A stretch of 64,000 bases of DNA from Candidatus Zixiibacteriota bacterium (GTDB taxonomy: Bacteria; Zixibacteria; MSB-5A5; UBA10806; 4484-95), in the NCBI GenBank assembly GCA_037441845.1, contig JBBIRK010000001.1, positions 1 to 64,000 of the forward strand, in the 5' to 3' direction. Shown here one piece after another: positions 48,847 to 58,076 of this stretch; position 1 is the first letter of the stretch; every line of letters begins with the position of its first letter. The notes under the pieces were generated by a model. The model ran no database searches and was not told the DNA's origin. It saw only the letters and a list, made by a program, of their open reading frames with translations. Made by a program: the position numbers and the translations under genes.

Positions 48847-50163
48847 ATGCAACCGTCCGCCAGAGATATCGCCTATCGTTGCCTGATTCACTGGGAAAAA
48901 TCGGCAATCGATCCCCATGATCTGCTTGAGCCGCAGGTCGAGGATCTTAACCTGATAGCCGACAAGTCGTTGGCCCGCGAGCTTTTTCTCGGAGTAATCA
49001 GATGGCGCAGATTGCTGGATCATTATATCGATTCCTATTGCCGGCGACGCAACCTTCCCGGCAAGCTGAGAAATATATTAAGGTTGGGATTTTATCAGCT
49101 TCTTAAACTTAACAGGATACCACCGCATGCGGCGGTTTTCGAATCGGTGGAATTGGCGAAAAAATACGCAGGTGGCGAACAATCGAGGTTCGTAAATGCG
49201 ATACTACGGTCTTATTTGAGGGAACCGAGTAAGGCGGCCTTTCCCGACAAAGCGGCCGATCCGGTGGAATTGTTGGGGTTGACTAAATCTTACCCGAATT
49301 GGTTGGTGGACCGATATTTGAGGCGGTTCGGATATGAAGAATGTGTCGGACTGCTCGAATTCGGAAATCAGCCGGCCCCGGTAAGCTTTTTCATCAATCG
49401 GGCCTGTTCCGCAAATCCGACGGACTCAGGCGAATCACCGGGCGTATTCGAAATTATTGCGGGGCCGGCGTCATGGAAATACTATATAGCCAGAGACGGC
49501 CGAGAGGTGTTTAAATCGCGATTATTCGCCGCCGGACGCATTATTATCGGGGATCCATCGGCGGGAATGGCGCCCACGGCCTTGAATCCGGATAATGGCT
49601 CGCTGGTTCTGGACTTATGCGCGGCGCCGGGCGGCAAGGCGGCGGCATTGAGCGGGATGGTAGGGAAAGAAGGCGGGGTCATGGCATCCGATATATCCAT
49701 AAAAAGGTTAAAAAAAATGAAAATTAACTGCGATCGGTTGAATCTGAAAAATGTCTATTTGGCGGCGGTCGATCTTTTACAATTTGCCACTTCAAGAAAA
49801 TTCAAATATATATTGCTGGATGTCCCTTGCTCGGGGACTGGAACGATAAGGCGTAATCCCGACCTGCGTTGGAGGCTGCAGCCGGAGGATATCGAAAGAT
49901 TGGCAGGTTACCAGGCGAGTATGCTCGATGCGTCGGCTCGTCTGCTCGATCAAGGAGGCAGACTCGTATATTCGACATGCAGTATGGAGCCCGAGGAAAA
50001 TGAATTGCAGATCGAAAAATTTATCGGCGAAAACCCCGGGTTCCAGCTGGAAGATTCTTCTCAATTGGAGGAATACAGGATTGGGAAAGGAATGTATGCC
50101 ACCTCTCCGGTCCGCCATGGAATGGACGGTGCCTTTGTGGCTATAATCAGCAAGAGGAATTAG
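48847..50163 (+). CDS. rsmB: 16S rRNA m5C967 methyltransferase (Sun/Fmu)
   Basis: NusB-like N-terminus (FVNAILR), DLCAAPGGK, DVPCSGTG, YSTCS. Confidence 0.92.
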   Translation: MQPSARDIAYRCLIHWEKSAIDPHDLLEPQVEDLNLIADKSLARELFLGVIRWRRLLDHYIDSYCRRRNLPGKLRNILRLGFYQLLKLNRIPPHAAVFESVELAKKYAGGEQSRFVNAILRSYLREPSKAAFPDKAADPVELLGLTKSYPNWLVDRYLRRFGYEECVGLLEFGNQPAPVSFFINRACSANPTDSGESPGVFEIIAGPASWKYYIARDGREVFKSRLFAAGRIIIGDPSAGMAPTALNPDNGSLVLDLCAAPGGKAAALSGMVGKEGGVMASDISIKRLKKMKINCDRLNLKNVYLAAVDLLQFATSRKFKYILLDVPCSGTGTIRRNPDLRWRLQPEDIERLAGYQASMLDASARLLDQGGRLVYSTCSMEPEENELQIEKFIGENPGFQLEDSSQLEEYRIGKGMYATSPVRHGMDGAFVAIISKRN

Positions 50164-50171
50164 CAATATCA

Positions 50172-50930
50172 ATGTTGTCGAAGTTGCTTAAATTCATATC
50201 AAGCAGGCGAAAAACCATTCTGCTGACGGCCGCGGTATTTTTCGGTGGATTAATCGTTTTAGTGCTCGCGTTCGACTTGATCATTATGCCGGCGATCGTG
50301 AATCATGGCGATGAGTTGACAATGCCGGACATAAACGGTATCGACAAGACGGTGGCCGCCAAAAAGCTGGAAGCCATGAAGTTGAAATTTCAGATAACCT
50401 CGGAAGAGTTTCATTCGTTTTATCCGAAAGGCTACGTCATCGGTCAGGTGCCCACGGCCGGATCAAAGGTGAAGTCGGGGGCTACGGTGCGGGTGACGAT
50501 ATCGAAAGGGGCACCCTCGGCGGCGGTGCCGCATCTGAAAGGGATCTCATTGCGAGAGGCGAGACTGATGATCGAGAACGCCGGCCTTGCGCTCGGAGAG
50601 ATAGTCTGGTTTGAGGACGTAAGTTTGCCCGACGGCGTGGTTATCGAATCCAATCCTCCGGCCGGAACCCAGTTGCGCCTAAACACGGAAATTCAGTTGG
50701 TGGTAAATCGTCTCGGCGAAATTGCCACGGTTTATGTTCCCGCTCTGGTCGGTCTTGACTATGCCGAGGCCAAGGCGATAATCGAGCGAGGAGGCTTGAT
50801 GCTCGGGGACGTGAAATACAAACGTGATGACCGCATACTTCCGGAGAGCGTGCTGTCGCAATCGATCGCACCCGGCACCGAAGTGCCGCGTTGGACCAAG
50901 ATAGACCTGGTCATATCGAGATCGGAGTAA
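50172..50930 (+). CDS. Membrane-anchored protein with three PASTA domains
   Basis: TM followed by three VP..G....A...L...G.VI.Q.P..G repeats. Confidence 0.88.
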   Translation: MLSKLLKFISSRRKTILLTAAVFFGGLIVLVLAFDLIIMPAIVNHGDELTMPDINGIDKTVAAKKLEAMKLKFQITSEEFHSFYPKGYVIGQVPTAGSKVKSGATVRVTISKGAPSAAVPHLKGISLREARLMIENAGLALGEIVWFEDVSLPDGVVIESNPPAGTQLRLNTEIQLVVNRLGEIATVYVPALVGLDYAEAKAIIERGGLMLGDVKYKRDDRILPESVLSQSIAPGTEVPRWTKIDLVISRSE

Positions 50931-50932
50931 AT

Positions 50933-51610
50933 ATGAACGAATCTCCCGTTAATCCCCGAAAAACACTGGTGGCGCCGTCGTTGCTTTCGGCCGATTTCAC
51001 TCGAATGGCCGAGGAAGTCAAGGCGATCGAACAGGCCGGCGCGGACATGATTCATATCGATATCATGGACGGTCATTACGTGCCCAATATCACATTCGGG
51101 CCGGCGATGGTATCGGCGTTGCGAAAAATAACCAGATTGCCGATGGATGTGCATTTGATGATATCCGATCCCGAGTCGTTTATTCCTCAATTTATCGACG
51201 CCGGGGCCGACCTTCTTACGATTCATATCGAGTCAACGGTACATATACACCGGAATGTTCAGACGATCAAGAACCTGAACGTAAAAGCCGGAATCAGTTT
51301 GAATCCGCACACGCCGTTGGTTTTGGCCACCGAAATAATTCCAATCCTCGACCTTTTGCTTCTCATGAGCGTGAATCCCGGTTTCGGAGGACAGAGATTT
51401 ATCGATCAAACCCTGGCGAAGATCCGCACCGCCCGTCGCTTCATCGATTCCGGCAGATACGATTGTCTGATAGAAGTCGACGGCGGAATCAACCGAGAGA
51501 CGGGAGCGCGATGCGTCGAGGCGGGCGCCGATATCCTGGTCGCCGGTGATTACATTTTCCATTCCGACAATTACGGACGGGCTATAGATTCGTTGAGGCG
51601 ACAAGGCTGA
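50933..51610 (+). CDS. rpe: Ribulose-phosphate 3-epimerase
   Basis: APSLLSADF, HIDIMDGHYVPN, DVHLM, MSVNPGFGGQ, EVDGG. Confidence 0.97.
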   Translation: MNESPVNPRKTLVAPSLLSADFTRMAEEVKAIEQAGADMIHIDIMDGHYVPNITFGPAMVSALRKITRLPMDVHLMISDPESFIPQFIDAGADLLTIHIESTVHIHRNVQTIKNLNVKAGISLNPHTPLVLATEIIPILDLLLLMSVNPGFGGQRFIDQTLAKIRTARRFIDSGRYDCLIEVDGGINRETGARCVEAGADILVAGDYIFHSDNYGRAIDSLRRQG

Positions 51611-51667
51611 TTAAAATCGGTGTCCGACTGATGTGAAAAAAATCGGTGTTAAAAATAGGAGAATAGG

Positions 51668-52795
51668 ATGGAAATAGGAATTCCTAAAGAAACGCGGCAT
51701 CTCGAGAACCGCGTGGCGTTGACGCCCGGAGCGGCACGGGCGCTGGTGAGCGCAGGCCACCAGGTTTATTTCGAAAAAGGCGCCGGCGAGATCTCCGGTT
51801 TTTCGGATCAGGAATATCTGCAGGTCGGAGTTAAGCTGGTATATTCGCTCGAGGAGATATTCTATCGTTCCAAGATGGTGCTTATGGTTTCCCCACCCAC
51901 CACCGAGGAATATCGCTTGATGCAGGAAGATCAAATCGTAATGTCGAGTTTTCACCTGGCGGTGGCCGCCCCCGAAAATATCCGGTTGCTGCTCGAAAAA
52001 AGAGTGACCGCGATCGGGTTCGAGGTTATCGAGGATGACGAGGGGCAATTGCCGATTCTCGTGCCGATGTCGGAGCTTGCCGGACAGATGTGCATAAATA
52101 TCGCATCTTATTATCTGTCCAATCGCGGCGGCGGACGAGGAGTCTTGCTCGGTGGTGCGGCCGGCATTCCTCCGGCTACGGTGGTGGTGCTCGGCGCCGG
52201 CACGCTCGGCTTGAGCGCGGTGCGGACGGCAAAAGGAATGGGCTGCAACGTCATCCTGTTCGATAATGACATACGTAAATTAAGATACGCCAACGAACTG
52301 TATAACAAACAGCTCGTGACTTATCTGCCTTTCGTGCAGAATCTCGAGAAGGCGGTTAAAATAGCCGACGTCGTCGTGGGGGCAATTTTAATACACGGCG
52401 AGAAACCGCCCAAACTAATCACCGAGGAAATGGTAAAGGAGATGAAGCCGCAGTCATTGATTATTGACGCATCGATCGATCAAGGAGGCTGCGTGGAGAC
52501 TTCTCATCCCACCAATTGGGCCAACGCCACTTTCATCAAACACGGGATCACTCATTTTTGCGTACCCAATATGCCGTCGAACATCTCCCGAACAGCCACC
52601 TACGCGATCTCGAACGCCGTGCTTCCCTACGCCTATCAAATCGCCGAGCTGGGGATCGAGGAGGCCATGCGGCGGGATCCCGGCCTGGCGCGCGGCGCCT
52701 ATACGTTCAGGGGATACGCATCCCGACGAGTGGTGGCGTCGAGACTCGGAATCGAATCCAAATCGATCAAAGATATTTTGGGAATGGGACAATGA
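51668..52795 (+). CDS. ald: Alanine dehydrogenase family protein
   Basis: IGIPKE..ENRVALTP, PMSELAG, GAGTLG, IDQGGCVET, CVPNMP. Confidence 0.8.
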   Translation: MEIGIPKETRHLENRVALTPGAARALVSAGHQVYFEKGAGEISGFSDQEYLQVGVKLVYSLEEIFYRSKMVLMVSPPTTEEYRLMQEDQIVMSSFHLAVAAPENIRLLLEKRVTAIGFEVIEDDEGQLPILVPMSELAGQMCINIASYYLSNRGGGRGVLLGGAAGIPPATVVVLGAGTLGLSAVRTAKGMGCNVILFDNDIRKLRYANELYNKQLVTYLPFVQNLEKAVKIADVVVGAILIHGEKPPKLITEEMVKEMKPQSLIIDASIDQGGCVETSHPTNWANATFIKHGITHFCVPNMPSNISRTATYAISNAVLPYAYQIAELGIEEAMRRDPGLARGAYTFRGYASRRVVASRLGIESKSIKDILGMGQ

Positions 52796-54093
52796 CGATG
52801 AAGTGGATGGATATTTACAACAGCAAGAGAACAACCGCGGAAGAGGCGGTGAAAGCCATCAAGTCGGGCGATACGGTGCTGATTCACCCCGGCTGCTGCA
52901 CTCCTGAACATCTGGTCGATGCCATGGTGGCCAGAAAAGACGAACTCGAAAACGTCAAAATCGTTCATATACTCACGCAGGGAAAAGCCGCCTATACCAT
53001 GCCCGGAATGGAACCGCACTTCCGGCACCAGTCTTTTTTCACGGGCGCCAATGTCAGACAGGCGGTCAACGAAGGACGGGCCGATCAGACGCATATCTTT
53101 CTGGGAGAAGTGGAAAATCTCTGGATCACCGGCAAGATGACTATAGATGTCGTTTTGATTCAGATATCCCCGCCGGACGAACATGGGTTCTGTTCGTTCG
53201 GAGTAGGAGTCGATATAACCATGTCGGCAGCCCACCATGCCAAGACGGTTATCGCACAGGTGAACAGCCAGATGCCGAGGGTGCACGGCGATTGTTTCAT
53301 TCATGTAAGTAAACTGACCCATCTGGTTGAACATGACGGGCCGCTCATGGAAATGCCGCAGGGGGTCCCCGACGAGATATCGATGAAAATCGGCAAGTTG
53401 ATCGCAGACAATATCGAAGACGGCTCGACTTTGCAGATGGGGATCGGCGCCATCCCGGATGCTTTTCTTTATGCGCTCGAGGGGCGCCGCGATATGGGAA
53501 TCCATACCGAGATGTTCTCCGACGGCGTGATCCATCTGGTGGAAACCGGCGTGATCACCGGATCGAAAAAGACGCTGCATCCTGGGAAAATCGTGGCCGC
53601 ATTCGTGTTGGGCACCAAGAAGGTATTCGATTTTTGCGATGATAACCCCCTGCTTGAGTTTCATCCCTGCCGCTACACCAACGACCCGTTTATAATCGCT
53701 CAGAACGATAAAATGGTTTCAATCAACTCGGCGCTCGGAGTAGATTTGACCGGACAAGTATTCTCGGATTCACTTGGATTCCAATTTTACTCCGGTTTCG
53801 GCGGTCAATTGGATTTCGTGAGAGGTGCTTCCAAATCGAAAGGGGGCAAGCCTTTTATCGGTTTTCCGGCCACGGCCAAAAACGGCCAGGTTTCGCGGAT
53901 ATGTCCGCATATACCTATTGGGACGGGAGTCACCACGACACGCGCCGATGTTCACTGGATAGTGACGGAGTATGGAGCGGTTGACCTTTGGGGCAAATCG
54001 GTGGGAGAGCGCGCGAAATTGTTGATATCGATAGCCGCCCCGCAATTTCGGGAGGAACTCGAACGATTCGCCAAGGAGCATAAATATTTTTGA
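52792..54093 (+). CDS. Acetyl-CoA hydrolase / 4-hydroxybutyrate CoA-transferase family
   Basis: SPPDEHG, LQMGIGAIP, HTEM, DLTGQ, SGFGGQLDF, VTEYG; ATGA overlap with ald. Confidence 0.92.
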   Translation: MTMKWMDIYNSKRTTAEEAVKAIKSGDTVLIHPGCCTPEHLVDAMVARKDELENVKIVHILTQGKAAYTMPGMEPHFRHQSFFTGANVRQAVNEGRADQTHIFLGEVENLWITGKMTIDVVLIQISPPDEHGFCSFGVGVDITMSAAHHAKTVIAQVNSQMPRVHGDCFIHVSKLTHLVEHDGPLMEMPQGVPDEISMKIGKLIADNIEDGSTLQMGIGAIPDAFLYALEGRRDMGIHTEMFSDGVIHLVETGVITGSKKTLHPGKIVAAFVLGTKKVFDFCDDNPLLEFHPCRYTNDPFIIAQNDKMVSINSALGVDLTGQVFSDSLGFQFYSGFGGQLDFVRGASKSKGGKPFIGFPATAKNGQVSRICPHIPIGTGVTTTRADVHWIVTEYGAVDLWGKSVGERAKLLISIAAPQFREELERFAKEHKYF

Positions 54094-54120
54094 TTCGAAT
54101 GCCGACTGCGGTTGCGATAA

Positions 54121-54149
54121 AACGGGCAATATGGAATCGCATGCCCGTT
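54121..54149 (+). terminator. Hairpin after the CoA-transferase gene
   Basis: AACGGGCA-13nt-TGCCCGTT; weak U-tract. Confidence 0.4.
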
Positions 54150-54261
54150 GATTGTCCCGGTGGCAAATTGATCGATCGGACGAATTTACGGCGAAGAAGG
54201 TCGGCAATGCGCTTCGGAATAAAACGTCAATGCAAATAGCCCGCGGTGTCAATGCCGGAAT

Positions 54262-54822
54262 ATGCACGAAAACGAATTTGATCGAGAAAAAGCCTGGCGA
54301 TTGCTTTGCGCCTACACCGCCGGCGAATCTTTGAGAAAACATGCCCGGGCGGTCGAGGCCGCCATGCGTTTCTATGCCTGCCGTTTCGGAGAAAATGCGA
54401 ACAGGTGGGGGAATATCGGCCTGCTTCACGATTTCGATTACGAAAAATATCCGGACAAGCATCCGCAGACGGCGGCGGAAATTTTGGCGAAAGAAGGATA
54501 CGGCATGGATTTTATCGATTGTATTTTATCGCATGTCGATTCTTGCGGGAAGCCGCGCGATAGCGATCTGCGCAAAACGCTTTATGCGGTCGACGAATTG
54601 TGCGGATTTTTGGTGGCCGTGGCCCTGGTAAGACCATCGAAAAAAATCGCCGACGTGGAAACAAAATCGGTGATAAAAAAGATGAAGGATAAGGCTTTCG
54701 CCCGTCAGGTGTCGCGCACCGATATAATACGAGGCGCCGAGGAACTCGGAATTCCGTTGGAGATACATGTCGAAAATGTGCTGAATGCGCTAAAAGGAAT
54801 CGCGCCTGAGCTGGGATTATAA
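54262..54822 (+). CDS. HD-domain (HDIG-type) metal-dependent hydrolase
   Basis: KHA.AVE, GLLHDFDYE, ILSH, AVDEL, KDKAFAR. Confidence 0.88.
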   Translation: MHENEFDREKAWRLLCAYTAGESLRKHARAVEAAMRFYACRFGENANRWGNIGLLHDFDYEKYPDKHPQTAAEILAKEGYGMDFIDCILSHVDSCGKPRDSDLRKTLYAVDELCGFLVAVALVRPSKKIADVETKSVIKKMKDKAFARQVSRTDIIRGAEELGIPLEIHVENVLNALKGIAPELGL

Positions 54823-54824
54823 GT

Positions 54825-55508
54825 TTGAAACAACCGAAAACGATCGAAGCTGTTTTTTTCGACATGGACGGCGTGCTCGTCGATTCGATGAAATACCACG
54901 TCGAAGCCTGGGTGAAAGCGTTCAACGAATACGGCTACTATCCCAAGGAACTCCCGTTTTATCTTAATGAAGGCGTAAGGCACGACATAACGGTGAGGGA
55001 CCGGCTTGCGGAGTTGGGGGTTGAAAATCCAAGTGATGATCTAATCAAAAAAATATACTCGAGAAAACGCGAGATTTACGAAAACACGGTCGTGCTTAGA
55101 CCCATGAACGGAATCATCGCGATACTGAATCGATTGAAAGGCAGAGCGATATTGGCGGTCGTAACCGGTGGAGTGCCGTCGGTAGTCAATAAAACTTTAA
55201 GCCTGTTCGAATGCCGATTCGATTTCGTGGTCGATTATGAGAGCACGGAAAAAGGCAAACCGGATCCCGATCCTTACCTTGTCGCCGCGGCAAAATCGGG
55301 CGTGGGGCGCGACCGAATACTGGTGATCGAGAACTCGCCTACCGGGATTGCCTCGGCGGTCGGCGCAGGTCTTACATGCTGGGCCGTTTGCACAACCCTT
55401 CCCGCGGAATATCTGAATCGGGCCGATCGCATTTTCGAAAATTTCAACCGGTTGGAAGAGGCCCTGTTCGATGAGTCGTCTATTCTCTTGGGCAGGGCAA
55501 TCGCTTGA
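54825..55508 (+). CDS. HAD family phosphatase (beta-PGM-like)
   Basis: FDMDGVLVDS, VTGG, GKPDPDPY, IENSPTG; TTG start. Confidence 0.9.
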   Translation: MKQPKTIEAVFFDMDGVLVDSMKYHVEAWVKAFNEYGYYPKELPFYLNEGVRHDITVRDRLAELGVENPSDDLIKKIYSRKREIYENTVVLRPMNGIIAILNRLKGRAILAVVTGGVPSVVNKTLSLFECRFDFVVDYESTEKGKPDPDPYLVAAAKSGVGRDRILVIENSPTGIASAVGAGLTCWAVCTTLPAEYLNRADRIFENFNRLEEALFDESSILLGRAIA

Positions 55509-55534
55509 CAAAAGCATTATGCCGGATGTAAGGT
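55505..55534 (+). promoter_or_regulatory. Sigma70-type promoter
   Basis: TTGACA-18nt-TAAGGT followed by GGAGGG SD. Confidence 0.55.
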
Positions 55535-55552
55535 TTGATTTTGGAGGGAAAC

Positions 55553-56212
55553 ATGGCTAAGATTTCACTTATACTTAACGAAATACTGGAGAGCGCCGGA
55601 GAAACCACATTTGCTGAATCAAGACTGGTCAAGACTGCTCTCTTGTGCGAGCTCGCCGGCGCCGACGGCGTTGTGGTGAAAATCAGGGAAGACGGCTTGG
55701 GCGCGGGAAAAGCGGCCAGGATGCTCAAAGATGTCTTGGACGTGCCGCTGGCCGTGATTGTAGCTTCCGATGATAAGGCGCCGGCCAAGGCTATAGAAAT
55801 CAAACCCGATATGGTGGTGCTGCAATCGCTGACGCCTGAATCATCGGCGGTGGTCACGAAATGCCAGGTGGAAGATATCGTGGTTGGGATAATCATAAGG
55901 CCCGAAATAGACCAAGTTAAGGAGGCCGCCAGGACCAAGGCTGATTATGTGGTGTTCGATACAACCGCCTATTGCAATGCCAAAAGCCTGACCGAGAGAT
56001 TGGCCTATATTGACAATGTGGCAAAGTCGAGCGCTTTGGCTCAGCGGTTATCGATGGGAACGATAGTGAGCGGCAAATTGACGCCGTCGCAATTAGGCAA
56101 ATTTGCCGAAATCGAGAATATAGGGGAATTCTTCTTGGGTAGCCAGGTCGCTTTCGCGGCAATCGGCCAGGGCCTGCAAAAAGCACTTCAGCGCTTCAAA
56201 GAGGTGCTTTAA
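55553..56212 (+). CDS. Pyridoxine 5'-phosphate synthase (PdxJ)-like protein with a degenerate active site
   Basis: ELAGADG....IRED, AIEIKPDMV, I.PEIDQVKEA, AIGQGL..A match the PdxJ scaffold; catalytic His/Glu positions not retained. Confidence 0.6.
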   Translation: MAKISLILNEILESAGETTFAESRLVKTALLCELAGADGVVVKIREDGLGAGKAARMLKDVLDVPLAVIVASDDKAPAKAIEIKPDMVVLQSLTPESSAVVTKCQVEDIVVGIIIRPEIDQVKEAARTKADYVVFDTTAYCNAKSLTERLAYIDNVAKSSALAQRLSMGTIVSGKLTPSQLGKFAEIENIGEFFLGSQVAFAAIGQGLQKALQRFKEVL

Positions 56213-56304
56213 GACGGATCCCCTAAGAATCTAAGATTATTTTCGTGAATTTTCCCGATATCGATGGAATCGATGAAGCGGAATCACTCTTTTCCGGCTG
56301 AATT

Positions 56305-58029
56305 ATGCGGCGCAAATACTATCTGATATTCGTCCTCTCCACGCTGATTCCGCTATTGACTCTGGCGATTATTTCATTCTTGTTCATTCCGTTGCAGCAA
56401 GACGGCATTGCTCATCGAAAGCTGACCACGGCTTTCAGCGGCTTTTCCAAATTTCTGGATAAGCGGGGGCTCGAGCTTCTCTCGCGAACCGGGGCGATGG
56501 CTTCCTCCAGTCCGTTATATGAACTACTGTTGACTTTTAGTCAAATCGGGTATTTCGATCAGCCTGCTTTCATAGAACATTCGGTGCACCAGCTCTCGAT
56601 GTCAAATCTCGATTACCTGTTGGTCACTGATCCACAAGGCAATGTCATTGCCCAGGGACACGATCCGGGCGGAATAGGCGGTTCGGCGATCGACGATCCT
56701 TTGGTGATAAGAGCGCTGACCGGACAGAAAATATCCTCGACCGGCATCCGCCGAATCAGAGGGCGATGGGAAGCGCTTTTATTGGCTTCGGTGCCGATAA
56801 TGTTCCGCAATAGAATAATAGGGACCCTGACGGCCGGGACGATAATGGATGAAGATTTGCTCGAATCGGCAAAAAGCTTATCCGGCGGTGAGTATATCCT
56901 CGTCGTGGGAGGAACGGCCAAGATAAGCACCGTCGACAAAGAAATGGATCAGCGGATTTTGTTCGTACAGGGCGAGGCCATGCAATCTTTCGAAATAGGC
57001 GGTGTCAAACACAAATTCGCGGCTTTTCCCGTTATCGATTTCGCCGGGGAGAATGTCGCAGACATTATATTGGGGATCAACATCGCCGAAATCGAGGCGA
57101 TATCCGCGAATTTCGCGCGACTGTTTTCGTTGCTTTTCATAGCCGCGGCGGTTCTATCGGTGGTGGTAGTCAAATACTATGCGACAAAAGTCGATCGTCA
57201 GATTGCCATGATCGCCGATGGTTTATCGAGAATCGCCGCAGGCGAGCTGACGGCTACGATTTCGGTGAATCCGAAAGATGAGCTTAGAGACCTATGTCTT
57301 CAGCTTAACGCCACCGCCGCCGAACTGAAAGATAAATTCGAAAACGCCGTCGAATCGGAAAGATGGATCACTTTGGCGCAAGTGGCGGATAAAATCGGCG
57401 TAAGAATTCGTAGAGCAGCGGAGACCCTTCGCGGCCTGGTGAATGAATTGAATCGCAAGACTGCGGAAACGTCGGCAGCAGAATCCGAAACAGCAGCCAA
57501 GGAGGTCCAAAAACTCTCCGCGGAAATCAATTCCCTGGTAAGGCTGGGCGAATCGTTGCTGGAATTCACGAATCTCCCGCCGCCGATACTGGAAAGCGTA
57601 TCATTGGATCGCCTGCAGGATTTGATTCGTGAAAATTATGATGAGGAGATCAAATCCGGAGATCTCAAGATAAATGTAAGGGAATCTGAGGCAATGATTC
57701 AGGCTGATCCTATTCAATTGATGCGTGCGTTCGACTGCCTTATTCAAAACGCTTTCGAGGCTTCCGGCCCGGCTGGACAAGTGGAGATCATTATGGAAAC
57801 GAACAAAGACCGAGCGGTAATCTCCATATCGGATAATGGCCCGGGATTCAGTGAATTGGCCCTGAAGAATCTATTCCGGCCGTTTTTTTCGACCAAACCG
57901 GGAGCCAACGGCCTGGGGCTGATGATGGCCAGAAAAATAATCATGAATCATGACGGAAAAATCGAGGTCGCGAATAATCCCGCAGGCGCAACCGTTAGGC
58001 TTATATTCGATATCACGGAAACTTCTTAA
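56305..58029 (+). CDS. Membrane sensor kinase-like protein (Cache-like, HAMP, HATPase_c) without an H-box His
   Basis: 2 TM, HAMP (DEL..L), N box LIQNAFEA, DNGPG, FRPFFSTK, GLGL. Confidence 0.8.
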   Translation: MRRKYYLIFVLSTLIPLLTLAIISFLFIPLQQDGIAHRKLTTAFSGFSKFLDKRGLELLSRTGAMASSSPLYELLLTFSQIGYFDQPAFIEHSVHQLSMSNLDYLLVTDPQGNVIAQGHDPGGIGGSAIDDPLVIRALTGQKISSTGIRRIRGRWEALLLASVPIMFRNRIIGTLTAGTIMDEDLLESAKSLSGGEYILVVGGTAKISTVDKEMDQRILFVQGEAMQSFEIGGVKHKFAAFPVIDFAGENVADIILGINIAEIEAISANFARLFSLLFIAAAVLSVVVVKYYATKVDRQIAMIADGLSRIAAGELTATISVNPKDELRDLCLQLNATAAELKDKFENAVESERWITLAQVADKIGVRIRRAAETLRGLVNELNRKTAETSAAESETAAKEVQKLSAEINSLVRLGESLLEFTNLPPPILESVSLDRLQDLIRENYDEEIKSGDLKINVRESEAMIQADPIQLMRAFDCLIQNAFEASGPAGQVEIIMETNKDRAVISISDNGPGFSELALKNLFRPFFSTKPGANGLGLMMARKIIMNHDGKIEVANNPAGATVRLIFDITETS

Positions 58030-58076
58030 TCCAATAAGCCCGAAACCATCATTCTTGACAGAATCGTGGACATGAT

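Noticed and set aside
52516..52791. N-terminal extensions in the ORF track (also 44429-44605, 32257-32340, 29094-29135, 17532-17597)
   Set aside because: They overlap upstream genes or promoters; the downstream starts fit SD, coupling or homology better.
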